From Lama guanicoe (lineage: Eukaryota): a DNA stretch of 64,000 nt. Of the stretch, positions 9,920-23,800 are shown piece by piece; position 1 is the first letter of the stretch, and each line of letters begins with the position of its first letter. Below the pieces are notes generated by a model. It was given only the letters and a program-made list of their open reading frames with translations, had not been told where the DNA came from and made no database searches. The stretch covers positions 12,910,879 to 12,974,878 of the forward strand of contig MU053881.1 of the NCBI GenBank assembly GCA_013239625.1. Direction: 5' to 3'. The translations under genes and the position numbers were made by a program.

Positions 9920-12900
9920 ATGTCTGTTTACGTTTCCTGCCCATTTTATGATTGGGTTGTTTGCCTGTTTGTTATTTAGCCATATAAACTATTTGTATAT
10001 TTTGGAAGTTAATAGCTTGTTGGTTGCATGGTTTGAAAATATATTCTCTGAGTGCATAGGTTGTCTTCTCATTTTTCTTTTGGTTTCCTTTGCTGTGTGA
10101 AAGCATTTAAGTCGAATTAGATCCCCACTGTTTATTTTTGCTTTTGTTTCCATTACTCTAGGAGATGGATCTAAAAAACAATTTCTGTGATTTATGTCAA
10201 AGAATGTTCTTCCTGTGTTTTCCTCAGGAGTCTTATGGTATCCAGTGTTAGATTTAGGTTTTTAATCCATTTCGAGTTTATTTTTGTGTACGGTGTTCGA
10301 GAATGTTCTAATTTCATTCTTTTACATTAGCTGCCCAGTTTTGCCAGCACCACTTATCTGAGAGGCTGTCTCTTCTCCATTGTATATTCTTGTCTCCTTT
10401 GTGTATGGATTTAGTTCTTGGCTTTCTACCCTATACCATTGATATATGTGTCTGTTTTCATTTGCCAGTACCATACTGTTTTGATTACTGCAGTTTTATA
10501 GTGTAAAGTCGGGGAACAGGATTCCTCCAGCTCTATTCTTCTTTCTCATTATTGTTTCAGCTATTTGTGATTTCTTGTTTTTCCATACAACTTTTACAAT
10601 TTTTTTGTTCTAGTTCTGTGAAAAACACAGACTCTCAAACATAGAGAATAAACTTGTGGTTACTGGGGAGGAGGGGGTGGGAGGGGGATAAATTGGGAGT
10701 TAGAGATTTGCAGATACTAGCTGATATGTGTAGAATAGATAAACAAGAAGTTCATGCTATATAGTACAGGGAACTGTATTAGATATGTAGTAACTTATGG
10801 TTAAAAAGAATATGAAAATAAATCTATGTATGTTCATGTGTGACTGAAGCATTGTGCTGTACACCAGAAATTGACACAACATTGTAAACTGACTATACTT
10901 CGATAAATAAATATATATATATGAATAAAAAGAATCATCATAATGATTTGCTAGGGATTGCATTGAATCTGTAGATTGCCTTGGGTAGTATGATCATTTT
11001 AACAGTGTTGACCCTTCTAGTCCAGGAACACAGTCTGTCTTTGTCTTCTTTGATTTCTTTTATCAGCATTTATAATTTTCAGAGTACAGGTCTTTTGCCT
11101 TCTTGGGTAGATTTATTCCTAGGTATTTTATTCTTTTTGATGTGGTAGTAAATGGAATTGTTTTCTTAATTTCTCTTTCTGATATTTTGTTGTTAGTGTA
11201 TAGAAATGCAACAGATTTTTACATACTGATTTTGTATCCTGCAACATTATCAAATTCATTGATGAGCTCTAATGGTTTTCTGGTGGCGTCTTTAGGATTT
11301 TCTGTGTGTAGGATCATGTCATCTACAAACAGTGAGTCTTACTTTTTTGTTTCCAATTTAGATCCTTTTTTTTTTTCTTTTTCTTTTTTGATTACTGTGG
11401 CTAGGACTTCCAAAACTGTGTTGAATAAAAGTGGCAAGAGTGGCATCCTTGTGTTGTTCCTGTTCTCAGAGGGAATGTGTTCAGGTGTCACCAGTGATGA
11501 TGACGTTAGCTGTGGGTTTGTCATATATGGCCTTTATTATGTTGAGGTATGTTCCCTCTATGTCCACTTTCTGGGGAGTTTTTATCATGAATCAATGTTG
11601 AATTTTATCAAAAGTTTTCTCTGCATCTAGTGAGATGATCATACGGCTTTTATTCTTCAGTTTGTTAATGTGGTGTGTCACATTGATTTGTGGCTATTGA
11701 AAATTCCTTGCGTCCCTGGGGTAAATCCCACTTGATCATGGTGTATGATGAATTTAATCTGTTGTTGGGTTCAGTTTGCTATTTTGTTGAGTATTTCTGT
11801 ATTTATGTTCATCAGTGATAGTGGTCTGTAATTCTTTTTTTTTTGGTAATAAAAAAAATTTTTGGTTTTGGTATCAGGGTGATGATGACCTCATAGAATG
11901 AGCTTGGCATTGTTGCTTCCTCTGCAGTTTTTTGGAATACTTTCAGGAGGATAGGTGTTAACTCTCATTCTCAATGTTTGGTAAAATTCACTTGTGAAGC
12001 CATTTGGTCCTGGCCTTTTGTTTGTCGGGAGTTTCAAAATTACTGACTCAATTTCAATATTGGTAACTGATCAGTTCATATTTTCTATTTATTCCCAGTT
12101 AGTCTTGGAAGACTACACCTTTCTAAGAATTTATCTGTTTCTTGCAGCTTGTCCATTGTATTCGCATATAGTTGCTTATGATGCTTTGTTTATCTGCAGT
12201 GTCAGTTGTTACTTCCCCTTTTTCATTTCTGATGTCATTGATTTGGGTCTTCTGCCTTTGTTTGCTGAATCTGGCTAAAAATTGATCATTTTTGTTTATC
12301 ATTTCAGAGAACCAGCTTCTAGTTTTATTGAATTTTTTTCTTTTGTCTTTGTTTTTTTTTTTAGTCTTTTTCATTTATTTCTGCTCTGATCTTTATGATT
12401 TCTTTCCCTTTACTAACTTTGGTTTGTTCTCTTTTTTCTAATTGCTTTAGGTGTAAGGTTAAGTTGTTTATTTGAGATTGTTCTTATTTACTGAGGTAAA
12501 CTTAAATCTCTATAAACTTTCCTCTTAATGTTGTTTTTGCTGTGCCTCTGGGTTTTGGATCATCATGTTTTTCTTTTCATTTGTTTCTAGGTATTTTTCG
12601 ATTTTCTTTTTGATTTCTTCAGTGATCCGTTGGTTGTTTAGCAGCATATTGTTTCACCTCCATGTGTTTGTGTTTTCTGCAGTTTTTTTCTAATTAATTT
12701 CTTGCCTCATAGTGTTGTGGTAGGAAAAGATGCTTGATATGGTTTCAGTTTTCTTAAATTTACTGAGACTTGTTTTGCAGCCTAGCCTGTGATCTATCTT
12801 GGATAATGTTCCATGTGCACTTGAAAAGAATGTGTATTCTGCTGCTTTTGAATGGCACTCTCTATAAATATCAGTGAAGTCCATTTGTTCTATGTGTATT

Positions 12901-14430
12901 TAAAGGCCTATGTTTTCTTAATGATTTTCTTTCTGGATGATCTGTCCTTTGATGTAAGTAGGGTGTTAACATCCCCCACTATTATTGTGTTACTATTGAT
13001 TTCTCCTTTTATGGCTGTTAATAGTTGCCTTATAAGTTTAGGTGTTCCTATGTTGGGTACATACATTTTTATAAGTATTATATCTTTTTGGATTGATCCC
13101 TTAATCATTGTACAGTGTCCTTTTATTTTAAGTCTGCTTTTTCTGATGTAACTGTTGCTACTCAGGCTTTCTTTTTTTGTTTGTTTGTTTTGCATAGGAT
13201 ACATTTTTCCATCCTCACTTTCAGTCTGTATGTGTCTCTGAATCTGAAGTGAGTCTTTGGTAGGCAGCATGTAAATGGTCTTGTTTTTGTATTCATTCAG
13301 CCATGCCGTGTCTTTTGGTTGGAGCATTTAGTCCATATACATTTAAGGTGATTATTGATAAGATATTCTTATTAGCATTTTTGTTAATTATTTTGGATTT
13401 GTTTTTGTAGGTCTTTTTCCTCCTGTATTCTTTTGTTCTCTTCTCTTGTGATTTGATGATTATCTCTAGTGTTATGTTTGGATTCCTTTTTTATTTTTGT
13501 ATGTGTACCTGTTAGAAATTTTTGATTTGCAATTACCATGAGATTTTTATATAGCAGTCTACATATATACAAGATTCTTGTGAGTTGTTGAGTTTTTAAT
13601 TGCAGATGAATGAATTTAAATACACTGCATTTTTACACTCCTCCCCTCACAATGACTGTTTTTATATCATATTTTACATTTAATTGTTCTATGTATCCCC
13701 TAACTGTTTATTGTGAATAAAGATGATTTTACTACTTTAGTCTTTTAATCTCCCTACTAGTTTTGTGTGTGGATGATTTCCTACCTTTACTGTATGTTTG
13801 CCTTTACTAGTGCTTTTTTATTTCCTAATTTTCTTATTTCTACTTGTGTTGTTTTCTTTTTTGCCTAGAGGAGTTCCTTTAACATCTGTTGTAAAGTTGG
13901 TTTGGAGATGTTGAATTCTTTTAGCTTTTGCTTGTCTGTAAAGCTTTTGATTTCTCTGACAAATCAGAATGAGAGCTTTGCTTCGTAATGTATTCTTGGT
14001 TATAGATTTTTCGCTTTCATCATCATGCCACTCCCTTCTGGTCTGCAGAGTTCCAGTTGAAAAATTAACTGATAGTTTTATGGGAGTTCCCTTATATCTG
14101 CTTTTTGTTGCTTTTTCCTTGCTGCTTTTAGTATTCTGTCTTTAGCTTCAATTTTTGTCATTTTGATAACAATGTGTCTTGGTGTGTTCCTCTTTGGGTT
14201 AACCCTGTTTAGGACTCTGCACTTCCTGAACTTTAATGACTGTGTTCTTTTCCGAGTTAGGGAAGTTTTCCTGCTGCTATCTCTTCATATATTTTCTTGG
14301 GCCCTTTCTCTCTCTCCCTCTTCTCCTGGGACCCCTGTGATGCGAATATCAGTGTGCTTGATGTTGTTGCATAGGACTCTTAAACTATTTTCATTTATTT
14401 TCACTCTTTTTTCTCTTTTCTGTTCAGAGG
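9920..14430 (-). mobile_element. L1 element, ~4.5 kb (part of ORF1 and ORF2 EN-RT), inactive
   Basis: Minus ORFs give L1 peptides: ENSLRVLCNNIKHTDIRITGVP (ORF1), YTFFSSAHGTLSKIDHRLG (EN), PLLPLLFNTVLEVLATVI (RT); many frameshifts. Confidence 0.92.
10625..10935 (+). mobile_element. 5'-truncated L1 3' end nested in opposite orientation inside the larger L1
   Basis: acagactc...catagagaataaacttgtggtt...ttgacacaacattgtaaactgactatactt plus A-rich tail; host L1 resumes on both sides. Confidence 0.85.
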
Positions 14431-15341
14431 CAACCAAGGGCAAACCATTTCTTATTGGTGATAAAATCTTCACTGATCTCCCTTCCCAGTTATTCCTGAA
14501 AATGCATATGCTGCTTATTATGCCACATGGGTTTTTTTTATGGTGACAAAGGTGTTAAAGGATTTTCAGATTGATTCCACATGCTAGAGGGTTGAGTATT
14601 TTTACTTATAAGGAAATACAAGGCAAAGAATGATCAAATTTGGCACTTTCAGATCTCTATTCCAGAGAAAAAAATGTATCCTTTTATTTTTTCAATTGGC
14701 GCCACCTTTGTTTTATTTCTTTAATAAAAGTGCTTGGGAGCTTTAGTTAGATAAGAATTGTGGAAGATTGTGAGGACCAGAATGTATCTTTGTGTGCTAG
14801 GGTGACACTTTCTATAGCCTATCTCCACAAATGTGACAAGAATCATGGTATCAATTCAATCTCACAAGAAATTGAGGTCAGTATTGTCTTCTCGTGTTGC
14901 CTGAGGACTTCAGATTTCCCAGGGTAGTCTATGATAGTCATGGCAGAAGTTATTGCTTTGGACATAGTTACAAGCGTCTAGGATTCATTTCCTGGGTGGC
15001 TGTGACCTTTAAGTTTCAAGGAAACATAATTTAAGACAAATATTATTTGTCTAGCAGAATCTTAGGAGGTTTTTATTACTCATACGTTGTACTCTATGTC
15101 ATTGAAACTAGGTAAAAATTTGGCCTTTGTTTAACTCAAAAAGTGTATTTGCAGTATGTTTTGAACTTTAAAATTACAATTCTGTTTCAAGTCCCCTGAA
15201 ATCTATTTCATCTCTAAGCGCAACCCCACAACAACCCATGTCCTCAGGATGGGGAAGGGGAAATAATGGTTTAGAGAATAAAACTTAGTAAAGAATATGC
15301 TCTTTACTACAATTTATGTGCTCTTTTATGAAAGAACTTGC

Positions 15342-15420
15342 CTTTTGTTTTTAATATTTCAAGTAGCTCAAGGCCAGACTGTTTCGAATGTTCCAATCCA
15401 AACAGCAAATATCTCTAATT
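15342..15420 (-). pseudogene. Pseudo-exon, ~79 bp: RYLLFGLEHSKQSGLELLEILKTK
   Basis: Pyrimidine tract ttttttctcttttatc upstream; GC-type donor AAG|GCAAGT; best single match to recalled HEATR9. Confidence 0.55.
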
Positions 15421-17729
15421 CTAGAATTTATTCAGATAAAAGAGAAAAAAGTAATTCTTTATCACCCTCCATACCCTTGTTTACAAAAGGCTTTTGCTGG
15501 TCTTAGGGATTTTTTAAAGGTATTATTCTAGCTCAGTTTAGCTGAGCATGAAAAGAACAAAGACAAGTTGTTATCCCAGGGAGACGTAGCAGTTTCCTGA
15601 GGTCACTTGCAGTGCTGTTTAGTAGTATACATGAAGAACCATTCAGACTACAGTGCCTTGGAGGACTTTGCCAGTAACATACGGAGGCACTAAGGTGAGA
15701 GAGCAGAAAGCACTGGACCGGGGTGAGCGGAGCAGGATTCTAGCAAAGTGCACACTAGTCATTGTGTTTGGCCATAGGCAGTACCTTCTCTCCAGGTCTC
15801 AGATTCCTTTTATCCAAAAAGAGACAATTGAAGGCTCAAGGATGACCTGGGAGAGGAGGAGGAGCGTTATACTGATCTGTTTTACAAATTAAGCTTCCAT
15901 TTGAGAGTTCTACTCCTAAACCAAGGCTTGAAAGCTGAATTTTCTGATTTTATCTAGTGTGCCTGAAAATGCTTTGATTTCATGATACAGGATTTGTATC
16001 CATTAGTTTCACTCATTCATTCATTACTGAACAAATACTTATTGAAAACATAATCTGTGCCAATTAATATTTGGCAATCAAGGAATAAACAGTGGTTCCC
16101 TCCCATCTGGCTGCTGTGTTGATTTAATTAGACTGGTTTCCTCCCAGTCTCAGGCGTTCCTTACATTGAAATTTTGCTGATTATGGATGATACACACCAC
16201 ACATTTTGAATGTAAAAGGAGAGCTAACAATATGCTTAGGCGGATTAGTTGGTGATCTCATGGTATGATTTGAGCAGAACAAAAAATTCTTTAATAGTCT
16301 ACCCTGATGCCTGAAATTTTATCATTAAAGAGCCATGTCCTTTTACTCTTCTCATCCGTCAAAGTGGGGATTCTAAAGGCAGGAATAACATACAGCATCA
16401 TTGATAGTCAGTGCACATTTATTTTAAACCTATTTTGGGTTAGCCATAGTTTATTTTTTAACGTGACTACAGAGCATTCTGAAGGAAAGAAAGTGCAGAA
16501 GGAAAGTGGAAAGGCACATTCAATTCATTTAATGCCTTAACATTTATTGAGAATGCGTTTTATAGAAGATACTATATCATGCATTATGGTCTCTGAGGGC
16601 ACTCCTTTTTCTTGGCCATGTTTTGAATGAAATGAGAAATAAGACACAATATAATATGTATGAGAGATGTGTATATCACTGTTTCTTGTTTTTATTAATA
16701 TAGACTAAGTTAAATAAACAAGCTCTGTGTAAAAACAGTAGGACTGTTCATTAAACCTGCAAATTCGGCGATTTGCACATCACGTCGTGGTAGTGCTAGA
16801 CTATCCTGTACAGCAGTAGACTGTCCTATACAGAGACCTACTAGGTAGGACTGAAGGCTCAGAGGAAAGAAGAGCTCCTGGTTTCTGTGAACAGCAGCTG
16901 TTACTCCATGTGAGAAGGAGAGCAGGGGAGGTGAATTTCATCACGCCCATTTTGTTCTTCCCAAATTTGCCAACCAGATAAGTTATTCCATTTCCTCTAA
17001 TGTGGTGAGGGGAGACAGACAGAATCCTGATGTATTCCTCCAGTTGAAGTGCCTTGGCTTGGACAGAAGCATCAGAACTCTCGTCCTCAACATTAAGTGC
17101 TGGAGACAGAAAGATGTACAAGACAAAGACAATGCACTTCCCTTCAAAGGGCTCACCATAACAGAGGTGCACCTGGAAAGCTGGAATGACGATACCAACC
17201 TCACGTTTGTTGTCAGTGAGACTTCGTGTATAAAACGTGTATCATTGTGTCTAGCTCAAAAAATAATTCAATAAATATTTGTTCCCCATCTCTTCTTCCT
17301 ACATGCAAGCTGCCTCTATTCTGTATGAAATGAAATATGTTCCAAGGTTCTAAGATAGTCTACACCTCTAAACATTCTTTAGCAAATAGATCAAAGTTAT
17401 ACATATTTTATTTAGACATCAAGTCAGAAGATATATATTTAATAATATTGAACCATTAAACATTAAAAAAAATCCTGAAACAAAATTATTCAGCCTTCAA
17501 TTAACCATAATTATAAAGCTTATTATAGAAAACACCAGGCTAAGAAAAAAAAATTACAACATGAAATAACTCTTTCTGGAAGTACAGCAGTCATAGCCTA
17601 CAGCTAAAAATCATAAAAGCTGTTACACACTGAAATAATTTAATTGAATTCTTGAAAAAAAATTGATCAGTTTAGGATTTTATAACTAGATAAGTTATCT
17701 TTCAAGAAAATTTAACAATATTGACAGAA

Positions 17730-18037
17730 TGGTCATCTATAGAACTCTTAACTCAGCACATAGCAATAGGTTATTCTATGTCATTGATGAAAAGTGTTCC
17801 ACTATGTACATATAACAACATTTTTCCAGTCAATTCTCATTTCCCAGGCTTGACCCTCTTGACCTGTCATGTTCTCATCATTTTTACTTCTCTTGCAGTG
17901 TAGAGGGGTTCTAAGGGTCTTCTGCTGCCCGAGGTAGTGGGGAAGGGTCACACGAATTCTGCTTCTGCAGGCATCACCGTCATCCCCATTGAGTCCATTG
18001 GATCCTTGTGGCATTTTTCAAGGGTAGATAATAATGA
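17730..18037 (-). pseudogene. Pseudo-exon, ~300 bp, disrupted: SLLSTLEKCHKDPMDSMGMTVMPAEAEFV*...ELTGKMLLYVHSGTLFINDIE*
   Basis: Acceptor ttcttccctgttaAG; HEAT-like helix pattern; donor not identifiable, so the lower coordinate is approximate. Confidence 0.5.
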
Positions 18038-18119
18038 CTTAACAGGGAAGAACTGTGGATGTTGTTTTTCCTTCCATACCCACAATACTCATCTTGTATA
18101 ACCCTCTACAAGATGAGTC

Positions 18120-18425
18120 CATTTAGGGCAGTGAAGCTGCTGAGTATGATACTGTAATGATGGATACATGCCATTATACATTTGTCCAAACCTATAAAAT
18201 GTAAGAGCTAACCCTAATGTAAACTATGAACTTTGGGCGATTATGATATATAAATGTAGGTGCATCAGTTGTAACAAATGTACCAGTCTGGTGGGGATGT
18301 TGATAATACAGGAGGCTGTACACGTGTGGGGGCAGGAGGTATATGGGAAATAGCTGTACCTTTGTCTCAGTTTTGCTGTGAACCTAAAACTGCTCTGAAA
18401 AATCGCATCTTTGTAAAAAAAAACA
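18120..18425 (+). mobile_element. L1MC-type 3' end
   Basis: atggatacatgccattatacatttgtccaaacc...aaccctaatgtaaactatgaactttggg...gaacctaaaactgctctgaaaaat plus A tail. Confidence 0.7.
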
Positions 18426-19979
18426 TTCAGTTTATGCAAAAGATAATGGTTGTCCATTGTTGCTGGGGCTGGGTGCTTCCCTCTGAAGTGTCTCAGTCTG
18501 TGTCTCGATGCTGTCAGGGGTGCAGGAAGAAAATCCATCCAGAGCACTTGCGACTGGGCATAGGGAGCATTTCAGATTGGTTCCCCCAGAGACACACAAC
18601 AGGATTCACACTGTATTTATTTACCTCAGAAACAGCTATTGAGCATGTTTGTTCGTTTTTCTTCAGAGACCGTTTAGGTGCACGCTGACTTGTCGGTAAT
18701 GAGTGTCATAAAACATTGTAGAGTCACATTAGCCAGCCCAGCTTTGCAGAGCAGTGATACTACATGCTTACTCATGAGAAGCATTTGCAAGATGATCTTC
18801 ATACAATGAAATGCCAAAACCTGGCATGAGGAAATGTGTGGTGTTCAAATTTATTTGATTCTTCTGTTCCAAGAATTAGGAGAATTTAAGCACTGTTTTA
18901 TGTGACCATTTGTGTTTTCTTCTACTCCCATTTAAAGATTGTTTTTGCAAAGACGGGGAATGGTAACAGTTGCTAAGGGATGAATTGTTAGGACTGATGT
19001 TGAGTGTTGGATTAAAACAGATTCTGTGGGTGGATCCAGACTCAACAGGATTAACTGTTCCATGATCAACCAGTGCTGACCACTGCTGCTCCGGCAGGAC
19101 ACCTGTAGCAGGTGTGCCTGGTCATAGCCACTCCCGTCAGAACCAACTCCTGCTTAAGTCAGATCAATCAGAAAAAGCTATAAAATGTTTTTCCCCCTAT
19201 TTGAAATGAAATCTCTTAATTTAAAGAAAGATTACATTATATGTTCAATATAATTTTTGAATTGCATTTTTCAATTGTTCTATTTCATTAAAATTGGTCA
19301 TTTTAACATGTTGAATATAATATCTCTTGTGGAGGAATATAAATTGATTACATAGGTGAAAGTTTAGCTTACATGTCATGATCTATTTCTAGCAAAACAG
19401 TATTTTAGCTCAACTACCCAGAATTCAAACCTTACTTGTAACATGTATCCCAAAACGTAATTTGCAAAAGTCTTTCTCAGATTCTTTGATTTCAAATGAT
19501 TTCAAATCCAGGAAAGGAAAGAAAGAGGAGTTGATACTAAAGCCAAAAGACAATATTATCATGGACTATTTTAACACGCTGATAGATAGACTTGTGTTTG
19601 AGACTTGTTCTAACAGTACTTTATGCTGTGAACTAGATGGAATTTTATATATGGATTTGGGAAGCCTAATTGACCTTGGCAGCAGTTGTCTCACTGGAGG
19701 GGAAGGAAGTGGAAGCTAAAACTTCAGCCACTTAACCATCCCTTTCAGCCTAGTCCCTCGTTGATCAGTGAGGAGAAATAATGAGACCTGCTCTGTTTCC
19801 TAAGAACCATCCTGCTATTGTGAGCACTCCAGCGTTTCTCATTTGAGACTCAATTTTATTTCAGTTCTTCACATGCTCTGTGCTCTCTGCCTGTATTACC
19901 ATAAATTATTTCCACTAGAAAAGTCGAATTGAAAAACAAAAAGTGCTGGGTGTTTTCATGCAAGAGAAATGAATCTCAC

Positions 19980-20102
19980 CCAGAGGAAATAATGCCCGAC
20001 CACCTGCCCCCTGCCTCCTTATACTCTGACGCGCAGGCTTGCGTGTTCAGAACCTTTGTCTACACCTCGTGTGGGGGCCATTATATTACTGTAATACAGT
20101 TG
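19980..20102 (-). pseudogene. Pseudo-exon, ~123 bp, disrupted: ...KVLNTQACASEYKEAG...
   Basis: Acceptor tttaatcgcttgtAG, donor TGG|GTGAGA; stops in all three frames; locally GC-richer than its flanks. Confidence 0.45.
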
Positions 20103-20284
20103 CTACAAGCGATTAAACACATTGCTAATCTAAAACGGAAGCAGGAGGCCTATAGGGGTCCCATCTTCAAGCTTTAACAGCATCTTCCAGTACTAAACAC
20201 TTTTTTTTTCTTTTTTGTTCCATAGAACTTGTGTTCAACATCTATGCTTTTCTTCCATAAGCTTTTTTTTTCTCTTTTATGTAT

Positions 20285-21020
20285 ACAATTTTTTTAAATT
20301 GAAGTACAGTCAGTTACAGTGTATCAGCCTCTGGTGTACAGCACAATGTCCCAGTCATGCATATACATACATATATTCGTTTTCATTTTTTTTTCATTAA
20401 AGGTTATTATAAGATATTAAGCGTAATTCCCTTTGCTATACAGAATAAACTTTTTAAAATCAATTTATATATATAGTGGCTAACACTTGCAAGTCTCAAA
20501 CTCCCAAATTAATCCCTTCCCATCTCCTTTCCCCCCAACTATTAGATTGTTTACTATGTCTATGAGTCTGTTTCTGTTTTGCAGATGAGTTCATGCTGTC
20601 CTTTTTGGGGGGGAGGGGGAGGATTCCTTAATATGAGTGATATCATATGGTATTTTTCTTTCTCTTTCTGGCTTACTTCACTTAGAATGATGATCTCTAG
20701 GTCCATCCATATTGCTGCAAATGGCATTATTTTATTCTTTTTATGGCAGAGTAATATTCTTTTGTATAAATACACCACAACTTCTTTATCCAGTCATCTG
20801 TCAATGCATGTTTAGGTTGCTTCTATGTCTTGCTATTGCAAATAGTGCTGCTATGAACACTAGGGTACAGGTGTCTTCTTGAATTAAAGTTCCCTCTGAA
20901 TATATGCCCAGGAGTGGGATTGCTGGGTCATAGGGTAAGTCTATTTTTAGTTTTTGGGGGGAATCTCCGTACTGTTTTCCATAATGGCTGCACCAGACTA
21001 CATTCCCACCAGCAGCATAG
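20285..21020 (-). mobile_element. Young 5'-truncated L1 3' end
   Basis: T-rich tail; ORF2 C-terminal peptides LKIDLPYDPAIPLLGIY and IMPFAAIWMDLEIIILSEVSQKEKEKYHMISLI. Confidence 0.9.
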
Positions 21021-21966
21021 GAGGGCATCACACCACTCGTGTTTTTCCGCTTTGTTACTCTTGTTCCTGTGTGCCACTCTTAGATCACCACTGTTACAAA
21101 GGTGAAGTCTTGGTGCTTCCTCTTGCTTCACAGTGCTCAGTTCAGTGCTGAGTGGCCCCGTGGAGATGGGGAGAAGGACTCAGTCACGTGCAGAGGTGGC
21201 TTACTCAGATTTCCTTCCTAAGTGTGTCTGTTTGGGCATGTACCAGTGGAAAGGCCCTTCTCACTGCTTTGCCCCTTCCATCAGAGAATTAAAGTATGTA
21301 GCCACTTAGACTGATTGTCAATACATTCTCCACTTCATTGCCTTTTAAAATCTTTTTAATAAACACAAGTTGAGGTGGAAAATAATAGCAACTTCATCAA
21401 GTTATTATTGCAACTGGAAAAAAAGCTCCTCCCAAAAGGATACCAACTGTTCAGTTTCCCACTTTAGGCATCATCTTTCCTGTTCCAGAAAATATACATG
21501 ATGTACACTGTGGGTTGTCTTAGTTACCTTTTTTTTTTTCCCTTTTGAGTGAGCACAGGGGACAATGAGATCCAACTTTATGTATTATTTGTTCAATAGA
21601 TGAACAACATGAGAGAGAATAATACCTGGTAAAGGAAGATAAAATGATGATCATGAGATTTTATGTAATTTTAGGTGACATTCAAAGTATCATCTGAATT
21701 AGGTTCAATCATCATTCAAATGCAAGATATTTCTCTGTAAAAGTAATAAGTAAATTTTTCTCCTCTTTCCCCTGGGATTTATGGACTAAGAACGAGCCCA
21801 GTTTATTTGTACATTCTGCCAATATTTATTGCTATTGTTCATTCGTTTACACAATACTACTGTTTTATTAATATATAGTTATCATTACAGAATAAATGTA
21901 CGTTGAATTTCAAAACTGCAGTGTAATTACTAAATCTGAGTAGTAACACAATTCATGAGTGCATAC

Positions 21967-22033
21967 CCCAGACCCTCGTTTTTGGTATGAGGCAGGTAGC
22001 AAATTCCATCTTCTCTGCACACCACTTCACAGA
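21967..22033 (-). pseudogene. Pseudo-exon, 67 bp: SVKWCAEKMEFATCLIPKTRVW
   Basis: Strong acceptor ttttgcatctttttacgtAG, donor GGG|GTATGC; resembles recalled HEATR9 VAQTGPEKVKYEAYRTLAILG. Confidence 0.55.
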
Positions 22034-22114
22034 CTACGTAAAAAGATGCAAAATCAGACATCGTGTTTTATTTTCAAGATTCCATGGAACCAGCTGGGTG
22101 GATCTTTTGCGTAC

Positions 22115-22166
22115 TGCATCATTTACTGCACAGAATTTAGTAACAGCTCCTTTTGTTAAAGTCTTC
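22115..22166 (-). pseudogene. Pseudo-exon, 52 bp: KTLTKGAVTKFCAVNDA
   Basis: Acceptor ctgtcatatAG, donor GCA|GTACGC; phase 2 in and phase 0 out, linking both neighbours; leaves an 81-bp intron. Confidence 0.45.
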
Positions 22167-23089
22167 CTATATGACAGGTGCTGTGCTGTGCGCTTTGCAT
22201 GCACTGCTGTGTATAATCCTCGAAACAACTTAATAATTGATTTTACACCTGTTTTAAAGATAAGGGACCTTAAAGAGGATGAGATTACTCACCTTTCCTA
22301 AGGTGACATAGGCTAAAGAGGGGGTAGAGTTTGTATGTGACTCAGTGTTGTGTGCGCACAGAGGTCAGTGAGGACTTTACAATATACTGAGGCTTAACTG
22401 TGCCTGATTAACTGTAGCTCAGTAGCCTTTCCTGCTTTGCTTCAGTGAAGCCCTCCTTCTTGCTTTTCTGCCATGGTGCTTACTCAACAGGCAGAACAAT
22501 AAGTTGTGACTCTCCCTGTAGTTTCTGATAGGAGGAGAAGAGATTGATACTCCTCTTGCTTTCTAAAATTTAAGTCATGTTGAGGTCACCATGCTCAATC
22601 ACTTTCCTCTGTGTTTCCATTTGGAATCTGGTCTAGAAAATAAGACTATTATTTCTGAACATCATTAACCCTGCTGTGCTTTTTCTCCTTTCTTCCCACA
22701 CCTTTAGCGCTTAACCATAACAACTGTGGAAACCAAAGCAAATCCTTTCTCATTTGCTTTAAAGCTCATAATTAGAAGTACATTACAAGTTCAGTTATCT
22801 ATTTTTGGTACTGAAGTTGAAGAGATTAGTTACTGTCTCCAACTAGAAGGATTTATTTAGGAAGTCAGGAGGTCAATTTTATAGCCTGGAATTAGAGTAA
22901 ATTGATGTCCTTGATGATTCACTGTGCCGTGTTCAGAATTGTTCTGTCTGCTGAGGGCACAGCTATTCCTCCAGCAGCGTCAATTTGATAGAGCTGCTCT
23001 TGACACAGGCACAAGTGATTTCACACACAACTGACTTGGCAGAAACTTCTGTCCCATATCACCATATACTGGAACCTCACCTGCTAAGA

Positions 23090-23800
23090 AGCGAGCCTGT
23101 TTATCTGTTACTGGGTCTGCTGCTGCAGCGGTCCGAGCCACCAGCATCTCTTGCCTGGGTGATACAATGGCCTGCTTACTGTGCTACCTGTTTCTACCCT
23201 TTTCTACCTATTTCTTCTCTGCTCAGCAGTCAGAGTGATCCTATTAAAATACGAGTCAAATTGAAATCAGTGTTCAACTCGAATTATCCCTCGGCTTCCC
23301 ATTTCATTCATAGAACAGTCCACATTCACACCATGGTCCACGAGGTCCCTCATCACCTGTGCCTCTAATCTCCCTCTCAGCTCAACTCCTGGTATTCTCT
23401 CTTTCTACTTTGCTCCGAGAAACTTGACTTCTTCATTGTTACCCAGTTATGCCAGACATGTTCCTGCCTCAGGACGTTGGCATTTTCTGTTCCCTCTGCA
23501 TGGAATGCTCTTCCTCCAGATATCCACAGGGGTAAGCCCAGGAGTCCTTGAAGTTTCTGTTGAGATAATAGAAGAAGGCCCACCTTAACTACCTTGTTTA
23601 AAACTGCAGCCCCCCCACCATTCCTGGCCTGTCATATCATATCATAATTTTCCTGCCATGACACATACCACCTTTATATGTGATGTACTTATAATAGTTT
23701 ACTCGTTAGACTGTGAGTTCCAGAAAGCAAAAGATCTTTGTCATCGGCATTCATCAATGTGTCTTGCACGCTTAGAAAATGCATTTTACTTAGTATATGT
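23090..23800. mobile_element. L2 fragment
   Basis: cagagtgatcctattaaaa, cctgcctcaggacgttggca...gttccctctgcatggaatgctcttcc, ttagactgtgagttcc are typical L2 3' region. Confidence 0.7.

Noticed and set aside
11103..14546. Hydrophobic membrane-protein-like plus-strand ORFs
   Set aside because: They are antisense translations of A-rich L1 ORF1/ORF2.
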